A DNA stretch of 64,000 bases. It comes from Acidobacteriota bacterium. GTDB lineage: Bacteria; Acidobacteriota; UBA890; WLXD01. The position numbers and the translations under genes were made by a program. Within the stretch, counting starts at the first letter, position 1; every line of letters starts with the position of its first letter. The DNA is taken from NCBI GenBank assembly GCA_963666055.2, contig CAXWPH010000002.1, positions 115,427-179,426 on the forward strand, in the 5' to 3' direction. The notes under the pieces were generated by a model. It was not told the DNA's origin. It did not search any database and saw only the letters and a program-made list of their open reading frames with translations. Shown in pieces: positions 1 to 9,511 of this stretch.

Positions 1-1045
1 GGCCCTTCAGCGGCGCGAAGAACCAGTGGGTGGCCATCGCCTGGAGGACCGTCACCCCGCCCGGGCCGGATCCCAGCGACTGGCAGACCAGGCCCGGTGT
101 GAGCCACTCGATGATGCCGGCGTACCAGGTACCGCCGATGTTCGCGATGGCCCACATGTTGGCGTTGACGTTGACGCCACCGCCGGGTTCGAAGGCCACC
201 GGCCACGAGAACTTCTTGGTGTGGTCCATGCACCACTGGAAGGTTCCCTGCGTGGCGGAGGTCAGCGTGGAGGTGACGGGCCACGGGCCGACGTTCATCG
301 GACCGTTCCATTTCACGATCTTCGTGTCGATGGCATCGACGCAGCCTCTGCAGCCGCCGCCACCGCCTCCAGGAATCAGAATTACTCCGGCCTTCCCGAA
401 CGTGACGAAGAAGTAGTCTTCCGTGGCGGCCACCACCGTGTCATAGGGGTTTTCGCTCACCGGAATCGCGGCTCTGGAACCGTTCACGGATCGGGCGCGT
501 ATTGGGATGGCGACATAGTCGTCCTTCCGGAAGCCCTTCAACCCGGAAATCTCGATCCAGTAGAAGATGCGTTCGCCCGGTTCCAACTCCACGATATCGC
601 CGTTGGCGCTGAAATCCGCCGTAACGTCGTCGCCCCGGAACATCTTCGATCGCTTGCGCGTCGCCGCGTAGATCGTTGCTTCGAACACCGCGGCCGCGCC
701 GCGCTCCTCGACGGTCGTAACCTCGGCGGGGATGTCGATCTTCAGACGCACCGAGTCGGACTTGGTGCCGTCGTTGTCGATCGCTACGAGGTAGCGTTCG
801 GTGACCTTCTTGCCGCCGTCGAGGATGATGTTCTGCGCTGGGACCTCGGCCCCGCCCTCGTAGAAGTTGTCGCCCTTGAACTCATCCAACCGTACGACGT
901 CGTCTTTGATGAGCCTTTTTACCTCGGAGACTGCGATGTCGGGTTTGAACTTGGCGGGCTTGCGCGACGGGCCGGCGTCCACTGTCGTCGACGCCACCGT
1001 GATGACACACAGGCCGAGCAGGATCGGGCGGAGGAAACGCGACAT
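1..1045 (-). CDS. hypothetical secreted protein (3' end runs off the window; absent from supplied ORF track)
   Basis: Own translation of the minus strand. ATG at 1045-1043 is preceded by AGGAG. The N-terminus MSRFLRPILLGLCVITVASTTVDAGPSRK looks like a signal peptide. The frame stays open to the window edge. Contains a GGGGGGCRGC motif. The listed 26..1060 + ORF is its antisense artefact. Confidence 0.6.
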   Translation of the reverse strand, partial: MSRFLRPILLGLCVITVASTTVDAGPSRKPAKFKPDIAVSEVKRLIKDDVVRLDEFKGDNFYEGGAEVPAQNIILDGGKKVTERYLVAIDNDGTKSDSVRLKIDIPAEVTTVEERGAAAVFEATIYAATRKRSKMFRGDDVTADFSANGDIVELEPGERIFYWIEISGLKGFRKDDYVAIPIRARSVNGSRAAIPVSENPYDTVVAATEDYFFVTFGKAGVILIPGGGGGGCRGCVDAIDTKIVKWNGPMNVGPWPVTSTLTSATQGTFQWCMDHTKKFSWPVAFEPGGGVNVNANMWAIANIGGTWYAGIIEWLTPGLVCQSLGSGPGGVTVLQAMATHWFFAPLKG

Positions 1046-1443
1046 GGGAGGAACTCCTGAGCAATGGCTGAAGTAGTCGCATCGGCGAGACTCACGCGCC
1101 CCTGCGCAGGCTCAACCAACGGCGTGTGGTTGTGAAATCCTGAGACAATCGTATCAAATCGACCGCCAGCAATGGCGATCGCCACCAATCGTTCGCCGTA
1201 GCGCGCGGCTCGGTCTTGGCGCCGTGCTGCATACTGTAAGTAGGGTGTTCCGTGTACGGTCGAGGTGCTGAGCAGCGGAATCCTACGTATCAGCGGGACT
1301 CGCACGACTTCGGTTAGGATGGTCGGTCGCCGATACGCGACCACGACGTGGAACGTTGCCGACCCCGCACGGTACCGGGCCGGGTTCGCCCGGCGCACTG
1401 CAACCACGCTTCCAACACAGCCTAACAGCGGCACGACGCTGCG

Positions 1444-3159
1444 GTGAGCAGAGGGCTTGTGCACTCACGTTTCACAAGAAATCCCGACAACACCATCACC
1501 GCCGAGGTGGTGAAGCGCGGCCGCGATGTGCTGCGTGATCCGCTGATTAACAAAGGCTCGGCATTTACGCCACGCGAACGGGCCGAGCTTCGTCTCGAAG
1601 GCCTGCTCCCGCCCGGGCTGGTCAGTATCGATCAGCAACTGGCGCGCGAGGTCGAATCGCTGAAGCACACCGAGCATCCGCTCGGCAAGTACATCGAGCT
1701 CGCCGACCTTCAGGATCGGAACGAGACCTTGTTCTACAGGCTCCTGGTTGACCGGCTCGAGGAGCTGATGCCGATCGTTTACACGCCGACCGTCGGGTCG
1801 GCCTGCAGCAACTTCAGCCACATCTTCCGTCGTGGCCGTGGGCGGTGGATTACCCCAGAGCACCGTGGCCGCATCGTCGACGTGCTTCGTCAGATCAAGG
1901 CTGATATCCGGCTGATCGTGGTGACCGACAACGAGCGAATTCTGGGACTTGGCGACCTCGGCGCCGGTGGCATGGGAATACCGACCGGCAAGCTTGCCCT
2001 CTACACTGCCGCGGCAGGGCTGCACCCCACGTTGACGTTGCCCGTGAGCCTCGACGTAGGCACCGACAACGCGTCGCTGCTCGACGATCCCAAGTACCTC
2101 GGTTGGCGCCACACACGGCTGCGGGGCCAGCTGTACGATGAGCTCGTCGACGAGTTCGTGCTGGCGGTTCGCGAGTGCTACCCGAACGCCATCCTGCAGT
2201 GGGAAGACTTCAAGAAAGCCAACGCGTTCGACCTGTTGCACCGCTACCGCGAGGTGTTGCCGTCGTTTAACGACGATATCCAGGGAACGGCGGCGATCGC
2301 GCTCGCCGGCATTCTGGCGGCATGTCGCGCCACTGGCACGCCGATGCGGGAGCAACGCGTCGCTATTCTGGGGGCGGGCGCCGCCGGTGTCGGGATCGCC
2401 GGTCTATTGCGTGACGCCTTCGCGCGTGAGGGACTCGAGGGCGACGAGCTGATTAGCCGAGTCGCCGTACTCGACAGCGGCGGTCTGCTGGTGAGCTCGC
2501 GCCACGGGCTCGACGAGCACAAGCGAGCGTTCGCGTGGCCGGCGCAGCTCACCGCCAAGATCGGGTTGGCAGGCGACTCACCGCCAGGGCTGGAGCGTGT
2601 TGTCGAGCTCTACAAGCCGACGGTGTTGATCGGCACGACCGGTCAGCCAGGTGCGTTTTCTAAGCCGATGATTCGCAAGATGGCCGCCAACGTCGAGCGC
2701 CCGGCGATCTTCCCGTTCTCGAATCCCACCAACAAGAGCGAGGCGACTCCCGAGGACATCTTTGGCTGGACCGAAGGTCGGGCGCTGGTGGCGACCGGCA
2801 GTCCGTTTCCGCCCGTTCAGCTCGAGGATCGTCTCGCCAAAGTGTCGCAGGGCAACAACGTCTATATCTTCCCGGGAGTCGGCCTGGGGGCGCTGGCCGT
2901 CGGCGCGCGCCAGATCACCGATTCCATGTTTACTGCCGCCGCCACCTCGCTGGCCGCACAGGTAACCGCGGCCGACCTCGCGGCAGGGGCCCTGTACCCG
3001 CCGGTGCCCCAGTTACGGCAGGTCACCCGCAAGATCGCCGAGGCGGTAGCACAAACGGCGGTTGATGACGGGGCTGCCGACGATCCTGAAGGGGGAATCT
3101 TGGCCGCCGTGGAGTCGTGGATCTGGGATCCCGTCTACCCGACGATCAAGGCGATCTAA
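1444..3159 (+). CDS. maeA: NAD(P)-dependent malic enzyme
   Basis: 571 aa. N-terminal LRDPLINKGSAFTPRER, the VVTDNERILGLGDLG and GIPTGKLALYTAAAG blocks, and FNDDIQGTAAIALAG are hallmark malic-enzyme motifs. GTG start; the exact start is uncertain. Confidence 0.9.
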   Translation: MSRGLVHSRFTRNPDNTITAEVVKRGRDVLRDPLINKGSAFTPRERAELRLEGLLPPGLVSIDQQLAREVESLKHTEHPLGKYIELADLQDRNETLFYRLLVDRLEELMPIVYTPTVGSACSNFSHIFRRGRGRWITPEHRGRIVDVLRQIKADIRLIVVTDNERILGLGDLGAGGMGIPTGKLALYTAAAGLHPTLTLPVSLDVGTDNASLLDDPKYLGWRHTRLRGQLYDELVDEFVLAVRECYPNAILQWEDFKKANAFDLLHRYREVLPSFNDDIQGTAAIALAGILAACRATGTPMREQRVAILGAGAAGVGIAGLLRDAFAREGLEGDELISRVAVLDSGGLLVSSRHGLDEHKRAFAWPAQLTAKIGLAGDSPPGLERVVELYKPTVLIGTTGQPGAFSKPMIRKMAANVERPAIFPFSNPTNKSEATPEDIFGWTEGRALVATGSPFPPVQLEDRLAKVSQGNNVYIFPGVGLGALAVGARQITDSMFTAAATSLAAQVTAADLAAGALYPPVPQLRQVTRKIAEAVAQTAVDDGAADDPEGGILAAVESWIWDPVYPTIKAI

Positions 3160-3196
3160 CAGGGTGCCGAAAGCCGCGTTTCGCGGGCCCTCTGTT
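3158..3196. terminator. stem-loop between convergent genes (possible bidirectional terminator)
   Basis: AACAGGG...CCTCTGTT outer pairing encloses CCGCG-TTT-CGCGG. It lies between the maeA stop (3157-3159) and the stop of the minus-strand gene (3205-3207). No U-tract. Confidence 0.3.
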
Positions 3197-3204
3197 GCCT
3201 GGTG

Positions 3205-4188
3205 CTAGGGCGCGCCGGAAGTCGGCGTGAGGCCGTTGACCTGCCCGTCTAGATCCCAGCCGGGATCGACCTCGATGCCCAGATGTGCCAGCGCGGTGGG
3301 CACGATATCGACGATATGGGGTGTGGCGGTCAGCGCCGCCGGATCGGCAGACGGACCGCTGACCAGATAGTAGATGGTCCGCTCTTCGATCGAGTCATCG
3401 CCGTGGCCGCCCTCGTCAGTGCGCCCGTGATCGGTGCTCGAGAGGATCAGCCAGTCCTCCTGAGCGTAGGTGGGGCGCGCCTGCACCGCAGCCACTAGCT
3501 CGCCCACTCGCTGATCGGCTAGCTCGATGGCGGCGCGGTACTCCGCCGACAACGAACTCGTCTCGTGCGCCACACTGTCGGTATTGGTCATGTACACGAA
3601 GGTGGCATCCGGATCACCGACACGTAGGTAATGAGTGGCGATCGATACAACCTCGGCGTCGGCGGCCGCATAGCCGACAGCGTCACCGTTGATGTTCACC
3701 AGCACGTCTACGATCCGGCTGATCATCGGGCCACCGTCGGCCGTCGTTCCCATTGCCGGCCAGTGGATCACCGCGTAGGTGTTGAGCTCCGGACGCACTT
3801 GCTCGATGCGAGTCAGGAAGTCGGGATACTCCGCGTAGTGGTTGCCGGTGAAGTCGTTGCTCTCGACGCCGTGTTTCTCCATCCACACGCCGGTCAACAT
3901 GCTCGACCAACCGGGGCCGCTGACGGTAATCGGCCTGGTGCGAGCATCGGCAGAGAAGGCCCCCGTGGCGATCAACGCATCGAGGTTGGGTGTATTCGCC
4001 TGCTCGAGGATGTCGACACGGATGCCATCAATGCCGATCAGCAAGACCTTCTTGCGTGCCTCTGTGGGCGCCGCGAGCGCGGGCGCTTCAGTGGCGCTCC
4101 TGCCGGCGCCATCTTGCGAGGCGCTGGATGGCAAGGTGGTCACTGAAAGAGCGACGAGCAGCGGTGCGAGGGCGGCGCGGGTTAGCAT
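3205..4188 (-). CDS. nucleotide pyrophosphatase/phosphodiesterase (alkaline-phosphatase superfamily), secreted
   Basis: VLLIGIDGIRVD, TVSGPGWSSMLTG and STDHGR...GGHG motifs. Start moved to the internal ATG at 4188 (MLTRAALAPLLVALSVTTLPSSA signal peptide, AGGAG upstream). The longer 399-aa ORF extension is R-rich junk. Confidence 0.8.
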   Translation of the reverse strand: MLTRAALAPLLVALSVTTLPSSASQDGAGRSATEAPALAAPTEARKKVLLIGIDGIRVDILEQANTPNLDALIATGAFSADARTRPITVSGPGWSSMLTGVWMEKHGVESNDFTGNHYAEYPDFLTRIEQVRPELNTYAVIHWPAMGTTADGGPMISRIVDVLVNINGDAVGYAAADAEVVSIATHYLRVGDPDATFVYMTNTDSVAHETSSLSAEYRAAIELADQRVGELVAAVQARPTYAQEDWLILSSTDHGRTDEGGHGDDSIEERTIYYLVSGPSADPAALTATPHIVDIVPTALAHLGIEVDPGWDLDGQVNGLTPTSGAP

Positions 4189-4302
4189 CGAACACTCCTG
4201 AGCTTTGCGGTTCCGGGGAGCCCATCCTAGTGGATACGCGGTGCGATATGATCGCCCGCACCGGCCCCGGCGCCGGATTTGGCGAACCGATCGAGGAGAG
4301 AC

Positions 4303-5406
4303 GTGAGCGATCGCATAGGCGCCCTGCAGCAGGCGATTGGTGCCGCCGGTGCCGATCTGGTGGTGCTCAATCCCGGGGCGAGCATGACCTACTTCACCGG
4401 TCATTCGTTCGACTCATATGAGCGACTGTTCTTGCTCTTCGTGCCCGCCGACGGTGAGCCCGGCGCCATCGTGCCGTTGCTCGAGGAGAACAACTGGGCC
4501 AGCTCAGTGCCGGGTGTGAGCCAGGTGTGGCTGTGGGACGACAAGGACGGGCCGCAAGAGGCCGCCGCGGCGGCTTGTGCGCATTTCTCGGACGCTAGAA
4601 CAGTGGCCATCGAGCCTCTGGGCTTGCGCTACATGGAAGTGACGGTGCTGCAGCGGCACCTGCCGACGATAGAGCTGGTCTCGGCCGACGCGGCCATCAA
4701 CTCGTTGCGGCAGTTCAAGGACGCGCACGAGGCGGCGAGTATTCGCACCGCCGCGGAGATTTGCGAGGCTGCGTTGGAGGAAACGATTCACCAAGTACGC
4801 GTTGGCATGACCGAGAAACAGGTGGCCGCCGAGCTCATCGGTCGAATGTTCGGGAAGGGCGGCGAGGGCATCTCGTTCGGCCCGATTGTGCTGGGCGGCC
4901 CCAAGAGCGCGCTGCCGCACGGCGTACCCGATGAGCGGCCATTGGAGGCGGGGGACTTCCTGTTGATCGACTTCGGAACGAGCCATGACGGCTACCATAG
5001 CGACATCACGCGAACTTTCGTTGTGGGCGCCGAACCGAATGATCGCCAGCTCGCCGTCTACGATGCCGTGCGCACCGGCAACGCTGCGGGGTGCGCCTGC
5101 GCCACCGCCGGAGCAACCGCGCACGATGTCCACATGGCGGCGGCCGCTCCGCTGCAAGCGCCTGAATTCGACGACTACTTCAAACACCGTACCGGCCACG
5201 GCTTGGGCGTTGACATTCACGAGCCTCCGTCGGTAATGGAAGGCAACCACGATCCGCTCGGAGCCGGAACGGTGATCACCATCGAGCCGGGTCTGTACAT
5301 GGAAGGCTGGGGAGGAGTTCGCATCGAGGACGACATCTGGGTCACCGACGACGGGCCGGTGAGCCTGACCTCATTCCCACGTGAGCTTCGTACCATCGGT
5401 ACATGA
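4303..5406 (+). CDS. M24-family Xaa-Pro peptidase
   Basis: HRTGHGLGVDIHEPP, GTVITIEPGLY and GGVRIEDD metal-ligand motifs. GTG at 4303 with GAGGAGAG upstream is preferred over TTG at 4279. Confidence 0.85.
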   Translation: MSDRIGALQQAIGAAGADLVVLNPGASMTYFTGHSFDSYERLFLLFVPADGEPGAIVPLLEENNWASSVPGVSQVWLWDDKDGPQEAAAAACAHFSDARTVAIEPLGLRYMEVTVLQRHLPTIELVSADAAINSLRQFKDAHEAASIRTAAEICEAALEETIHQVRVGMTEKQVAAELIGRMFGKGGEGISFGPIVLGGPKSALPHGVPDERPLEAGDFLLIDFGTSHDGYHSDITRTFVVGAEPNDRQLAVYDAVRTGNAAGCACATAGATAHDVHMAAAAPLQAPEFDDYFKHRTGHGLGVDIHEPPSVMEGNHDPLGAGTVITIEPGLYMEGWGGVRIEDDIWVTDDGPVSLTSFPRELRTIGT

Positions 5407-5780
5407 CGCCGTTTCTGAACGTCCTCGTACAGTTCCTGGGGATCATCATCGCCATGATCGGCATCCTGGCGATACGCTCGCCGCAGCTCGTGACCGGGGC
5501 GATCCATCACGTTGAGGAAGCTGGGTGGCTGCGCACTGTGGTTGTCACAAAGCTCGTGGCAGGGATTGTCTTGTTGGTTGCTGCGAGCGGTACCCGCTTG
5601 CCCACGTTGGCGCGGGTGCTCGGTGCCGGCATGGCGATCGGTACCGGCTGGGTGTTGCTCGACGCGTCGAGCCTCGCGTCGCTGGCGCAGTTGAGCCAGC
5701 GGCAAGGGACTCTGGCAACGCGCCTCTACGGATCGCTGGCGATGTTCGCGGGCTCGTTCCTGGTCTACGCCTCGCGATAG
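5403..5780 (+). CDS. small integral membrane protein, unknown function
   Basis: 125 aa with 3-4 hydrophobic helices. ATGA start/stop overlap with the upstream peptidase gene. Confidence 0.55.
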   Translation: MTPFLNVLVQFLGIIIAMIGILAIRSPQLVTGAIHHVEEAGWLRTVVVTKLVAGIVLLVAASGTRLPTLARVLGAGMAIGTGWVLLDASSLASLAQLSQRQGTLATRLYGSLAMFAGSFLVYASR

Positions 5781-5807
5781 CTAGAGTCTCCTGCTACAGG
5801 CGATTAG
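5781..5807. repeat. degenerate mini copy of the CTAG-bounded repeat family
   Basis: CTAGagtctCCTGctACAGGCGATTAG resembles the 3' end of the 87-bp unit (CCTGacACAGGCGATgccCTAG). It fills the gap between convergent stop codons at 5778-5780 and 5804-5806. Confidence 0.3.
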
Positions 5808-7105
5808 TCGCAGGTCACCGCGGGCCGGCCGCGTTCGAGCTCGGCGCAGAAGGGAACTCCCGAGCGGCCGGTCTCCCGATCCACTGCTACGACGCGCAGC
5901 CGCGCCCGGCCCGGTCCGATGCCAGCGCCAATACCATCCACCACCATGAACCCGTGGTCGGGGCTCTTGAAGAGTGTGTTGTCGCGGCGCGCCGTGGGGT
6001 TGGACTTGGAAGCGCTGCCGCTGACCACATAGGTTGTTGGCCGATCGCCTTTGTCAGTGAACACCTGCAGATCGTGTTCGTGACCCGCTGCGTATAGCAG
6101 CGGTGGAAATTCGGCGAACGCTGCCTGCAGGCTGTCCACCATCGCCTTGTTAGCGCCGCCCGAGAGGTCTTGACCGCTGTTCGCCCCGCCGATCTTGCGC
6201 AGCGCGACGCCTAGCACCGGGATAGGAATCCATGCCCACTTCTTCAACATGCGCGTCGAGAAAATCCATTCGTCAGCGGGGAAGAAGCCGCCATGTGACC
6301 CGGCCGTGTAGATCGGATGGTGGCCGGCGACAATAGTCAGCAGATCGTGCTCGGCTGCTTCCTCCAGTCCCGTGACCAGCCGCTCGTACACCTGCCCAGG
6401 TTCGGCGACGCTGCCTTCATACGCCGTGCCAGCATCGAGCGGGCCCCAAGAGCATCCCTCCCAGCCCTGCACATGCTCGGTGGTCAGCAACCATTCAGTG
6501 TCGAGAAACACCAGGCGCACTCCAGGTATCCGCGAGCCACTGTCGATCGTCAGGTCAACCCAGACTGGCCCTGGACATCCGCCGCTCGGGGCCTGCAGCG
6601 AAGCGACTCCCGTGGCGATGAAGCGGTCGGCAGCGCGTATCCGCGCCAGGCCGCGCCTGCCCGAATGGTCCCAGTCGTGGTTCCCGGGGACAAAAAAGGC
6701 ACGCGCGCCGTTGGACGCGACTTGCATCTGTGCCCTCAAGACGCGCTCGCCCCGTCGGCGCTCGGCGGCGGACTTGGGGTCGGTCTCGTCCTCGGCCGGT
6801 AGCCCGTTTGTGTACACGTTGTCCCCTAACCAGACAATCGTGGTGCGTTCAGGTGACGCCACCACGTAGGCGCTCGCCGCGGCGATCACGTTGGCTAGTG
6901 CGGGGGTGTCGGCGCCGCCGTCGCCAAGCAGCAGCAGCCGCCAATTGGGCTCCTCGAGCTCGGTGACGGTGTCGAAGCCGCCGCGAACGTAGAGCGAGTT
7001 GCCGCAGGCCGCGGTCGCCAGAGCGGTGACCGTGATGAGCAGCCGGCGGTACCGCTGGCGACGCGGTCGCGGTCGTCGTGGTGGGAGCTCGGTCGGCGTC
7101 AACAT
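5804..7105 (-). CDS. calcineurin-like metallophosphoesterase, probable lipoprotein
   Basis: LLLLGDGG, WLGDNVY and FFVPGNHDWD motifs. Start set at the internal ATG at 7105 (MLTPTELPP...LITVTALATAACG). The longer ORF would overlap the neighbouring gene. Confidence 0.8.
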   Translation of the reverse strand: MLTPTELPPRRPRPRRQRYRRLLITVTALATAACGNSLYVRGGFDTVTELEEPNWRLLLLGDGGADTPALANVIAAASAYVVASPERTTIVWLGDNVYTNGLPAEDETDPKSAAERRRGERVLRAQMQVASNGARAFFVPGNHDWDHSGRRGLARIRAADRFIATGVASLQAPSGGCPGPVWVDLTIDSGSRIPGVRLVFLDTEWLLTTEHVQGWEGCSWGPLDAGTAYEGSVAEPGQVYERLVTGLEEAAEHDLLTIVAGHHPIYTAGSHGGFFPADEWIFSTRMLKKWAWIPIPVLGVALRKIGGANSGQDLSGGANKAMVDSLQAAFAEFPPLLYAAGHEHDLQVFTDKGDRPTTYVVSGSASKSNPTARRDNTLFKSPDHGFMVVDGIGAGIGPGRARLRVVAVDRETGRSGVPFCAELERGRPAVTCD

Positions 7106-7133
7106 GTCAGGCTCCGGCTTGGTGCTCGGATTC

Positions 7134-8249
7134 TCAGCCCAGGTGAAACCCCGCGGCCGCCGGTCGAACCTCCAGCGGGCTGCCGGGCAGCTCGCCGAAC
7201 GTATCGCTGGTGTTGTATTCGGCCGGCGCAACGTCGTTGGGGGCGTCCGGATGAAACAGGGCGGCGAGGTACTGGATCTGATGACGACCAATCCCCAGCT
7301 CGAACTGTCCTCCACCGTAGATATTTATGCCACGGTGGCGGCAGAAATCGTAGGCGTCGAACAACCGCTGGAGGGTTCCGAAGCGCGAGGGTTTGAAGTT
7401 GATCATGCGTGGCTGATGACGCAGCGATCGGATGTCGTCGACTGAGTGAATCGGAGCGTCCCAGGTCACCCGATCACGGTGTGGCGCGAGCAGCGCGTCA
7501 ATCTCGGGCTCATCGTGTGGATCCTCGATCAGCACGTCGGCCGGTAGCCCGTCCAGCACACGGCGGTAGAGCGCGGCATCGGCCGCCTGGTCGACGGGCG
7601 TTCCATGGTAGGCGCCCTTGAAATCAACCACGCGCACCGCGCCAGTAGTCGCCAACTCGTCGATGAGCTCATCGGTCCAGGCTTCGGTGGCGTCGAGTTT
7701 CAGCTCGAGGCCGGGTTGAGCGGCGAGCAGCTCGCGAAGGCGCGGCATCTTGTCGGGCGTGTCCAAATGCAACGAGGATACGAACCTCAGCGGTCCTGGG
7801 CTGAGCTCGAGACGTCGCGCCAGGCTGACGTCCGCCTGACGCAGCGCCAGGTCGAGCGCGGCGCTCTCGAACGCCCAGCGCCGGTAATCCTCGCTGCCCG
7901 GATAGACGGGCGTTGCTGGGAAGACGGGCAAGGTCTCGAGTAGATCGGACAGCTCACCCAGTGTGCGTCGCCCGCCCAGCGGAAGCGTCAGCCCGGCTTC
8001 CTGGAACGCCAGCTGCTCGCCAGGCTCGTAGTTTGGATCCTCCCCGAGACCCTCGTGTCCGCCGCCGCGCAGGCGCACCACGCTCGTCAGACGCCAGTCG
8101 CTGGTGTGGCCGGAAATCTCGTAGCCCTCGATGTCGATTTTCAGCCCGCTGACTCGTCTCCAGGTGTCCATTCTGGCATCGTAGTCGATGTCGATCGCGC
8201 CCGGGCGCGATAGGATTCCGCTGCCTTCTGACGCTGAGATCGACGGCAA
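7134..8249 (-). CDS. enolase-superfamily-like protein (racemase/lactonizing enzyme type)
   Basis: LELKLDA, VVDFKG, LIEDPH and INFKPSRFG blocks are spaced like the barrel ligands of mandelate racemase/MLE-type enzymes. TTG start is uncertain; ATG at 8171 is the alternative. Confidence 0.55.
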   Translation of the reverse strand: MPSISASEGSGILSRPGAIDIDYDARMDTWRRVSGLKIDIEGYEISGHTSDWRLTSVVRLRGGGHEGLGEDPNYEPGEQLAFQEAGLTLPLGGRRTLGELSDLLETLPVFPATPVYPGSEDYRRWAFESAALDLALRQADVSLARRLELSPGPLRFVSSLHLDTPDKMPRLRELLAAQPGLELKLDATEAWTDELIDELATTGAVRVVDFKGAYHGTPVDQAADAALYRRVLDGLPADVLIEDPHDEPEIDALLAPHRDRVTWDAPIHSVDDIRSLRHQPRMINFKPSRFGTLQRLFDAYDFCRHRGINIYGGGQFELGIGRHQIQYLAALFHPDAPNDVAPAEYNTSDTFGELPGSPLEVRPAAAGFHLG

Positions 8250-8263
8250 CCCCCAGGAGCCTG

Positions 8264-8722
8264 ATGGTGACCGACATGCGTACGCTGTTCCGTAGGGAGC
8301 GGACGTTTATCGGTCTGGTCGGGGCAGTGGCGGTGCTGCGATTCCTGTTGCCGCCCGGCAGGTGGCCGGGCGCGCTCGAGACCTGGCTCGCTATCCTTGG
8401 CCTGTGGCTGCTTGGCTGGGTGCTCGTGGCGACACGTTCTGCGCCTGCGGCCCCCGGTGAGTTCAGCGGCCCGATAGGTGTCCAGAACCTGGCGATCCAG
8501 GCGCTGATCGTGGTACCCGGGATTCTGGTGGGCACAGGTCGAAACTTGGCTTCGATCGAGGTCGCTCCCCCAGCATCCTACCCCGCCAACGCGCTGACGA
8601 CGCTGATCGTCTTGCCTCTCGCAAGCTTGGCCGTGCTCACGTTTGCGGCGCTGCCGCTGGCGATCGCGCTACGCGCGCTAGTGCAGCGATGGCGCCGCCA
8701 GGCGTCGGGGGCCACCGTCTGA
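8264..8722 (+). CDS. hypothetical membrane protein
   Basis: 152 aa with four hydrophobic segments. CAGGAG upstream of the ATG. Confidence 0.5.
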   Translation: MVTDMRTLFRRERTFIGLVGAVAVLRFLLPPGRWPGALETWLAILGLWLLGWVLVATRSAPAAPGEFSGPIGVQNLAIQALIVVPGILVGTGRNLASIEVAPPASYPANALTTLIVLPLASLAVLTFAALPLAIALRALVQRWRRQASGATV

Positions 8723-8738
8723 CATCATTGGCGAGATA

Positions 8739-9509
8739 ATGAAAGCTCGACGCGCGACCATGATGTGGGGGCTCCCCCTGTCGCTCTTGCTGGCGGGCTG
8801 CGGAGAATCGGCCGAACAGCCGGGCGTCGACCCGGTCGCCGCTCTGGCCGCCGATGTTGAGGCCGGTCGACGAATTTACGACGACAACGGCTGTGCCAAC
8901 TGCCACGGCTCGGATGGCAGCGGTCGGGGCCCCAATGCCGCATACATGAACCCGCCGCCGCGCGATTACCGCGATCCGAGGGCGTACAAGGCAGGCATCA
9001 CCGTGGATGCCGTGGCTCGATCGATCGCGACGGGCTTCAGCGAGGGTGGCGCGGCGATGCCAGCTTTCTCACACTTGACCGCGGAGCAGCTTCGACAGCT
9101 GGCCAGCCTCGTCGTTTCGCTGCAGCGGCCCGAAGCCGAGAGCGTCCGGATCGAGGACGCGTGGGTGGCCGAAACACTGCCTGAGACTGATGTGACCGCC
9201 GCGTACATGACGTTGTTGCACGACGCGTCGGAGCCGGATGTCCTCGTTGAGGTCGAGGCCAAGGGGGCGCGTGCGCGAGTGCATGCCACGCGCGCTCAGG
9301 ACGGTATGACCAGGATGGAACCAGTGGAGCGGGTGGAGCTCGATGCCGGTGGCATCGTCGAGCTTGCCCCCGGCGGGCTGCATCTGATGCTGAGCGGCCT
9401 GAGGTCGCCGCTGGTTGCCGGCGACGTGGTCGAGATGACGCTCTTTTTCGAGAGTCATACGGCACGGCGGCTGAGCGTGCCGGTACGCCGGCGTGGTGCA
9501 AAGAACTGA
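8739..9509 (+). CDS. lipoprotein fusing a c-type cytochrome domain to a PCu(A)C copper-chaperone domain
   Basis: LLLAGC lipobox. CANCH haem-binding motif with a downstream Met (AAMPAF). C-terminal half carries AAYMTL..VH..GMTRM..GGLHLMLSGL..GDVVEMTLFF, typical of DUF461/PCuAC. Confidence 0.75.
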   Translation: MKARRATMMWGLPLSLLLAGCGESAEQPGVDPVAALAADVEAGRRIYDDNGCANCHGSDGSGRGPNAAYMNPPPRDYRDPRAYKAGITVDAVARSIATGFSEGGAAMPAFSHLTAEQLRQLASLVVSLQRPEAESVRIEDAWVAETLPETDVTAAYMTLLHDASEPDVLVEVEAKGARARVHATRAQDGMTRMEPVERVELDAGGIVELAPGGLHLMLSGLRSPLVAGDVVEMTLFFESHTARRLSVPVRRRGAKN

Positions 9510-9511
9510 GT

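Noticed and set aside
26-1060. 344-aa plus-strand ORF at the left edge
   Set aside because: R/G/H-rich nonsense composition. It is antisense to a much more convincing minus-strand gene (signal peptide, RBS) that the ORF track omits because it runs off the window.
7134-7315. 5' extensions of several ORFs in the track (5804..7315, 3205..4404, 43559..46750, 50982..54254, 58110..59414, 31315..32805, 38750..39973, 39829..40770, 40431..41771)
   Set aside because: The extensions overlap neighbouring genes or are R/P-rich. Internal ATG or GTG codons with an RBS, a signal peptide or ATGA coupling give family-typical N-termini, so shorter coordinates were used.
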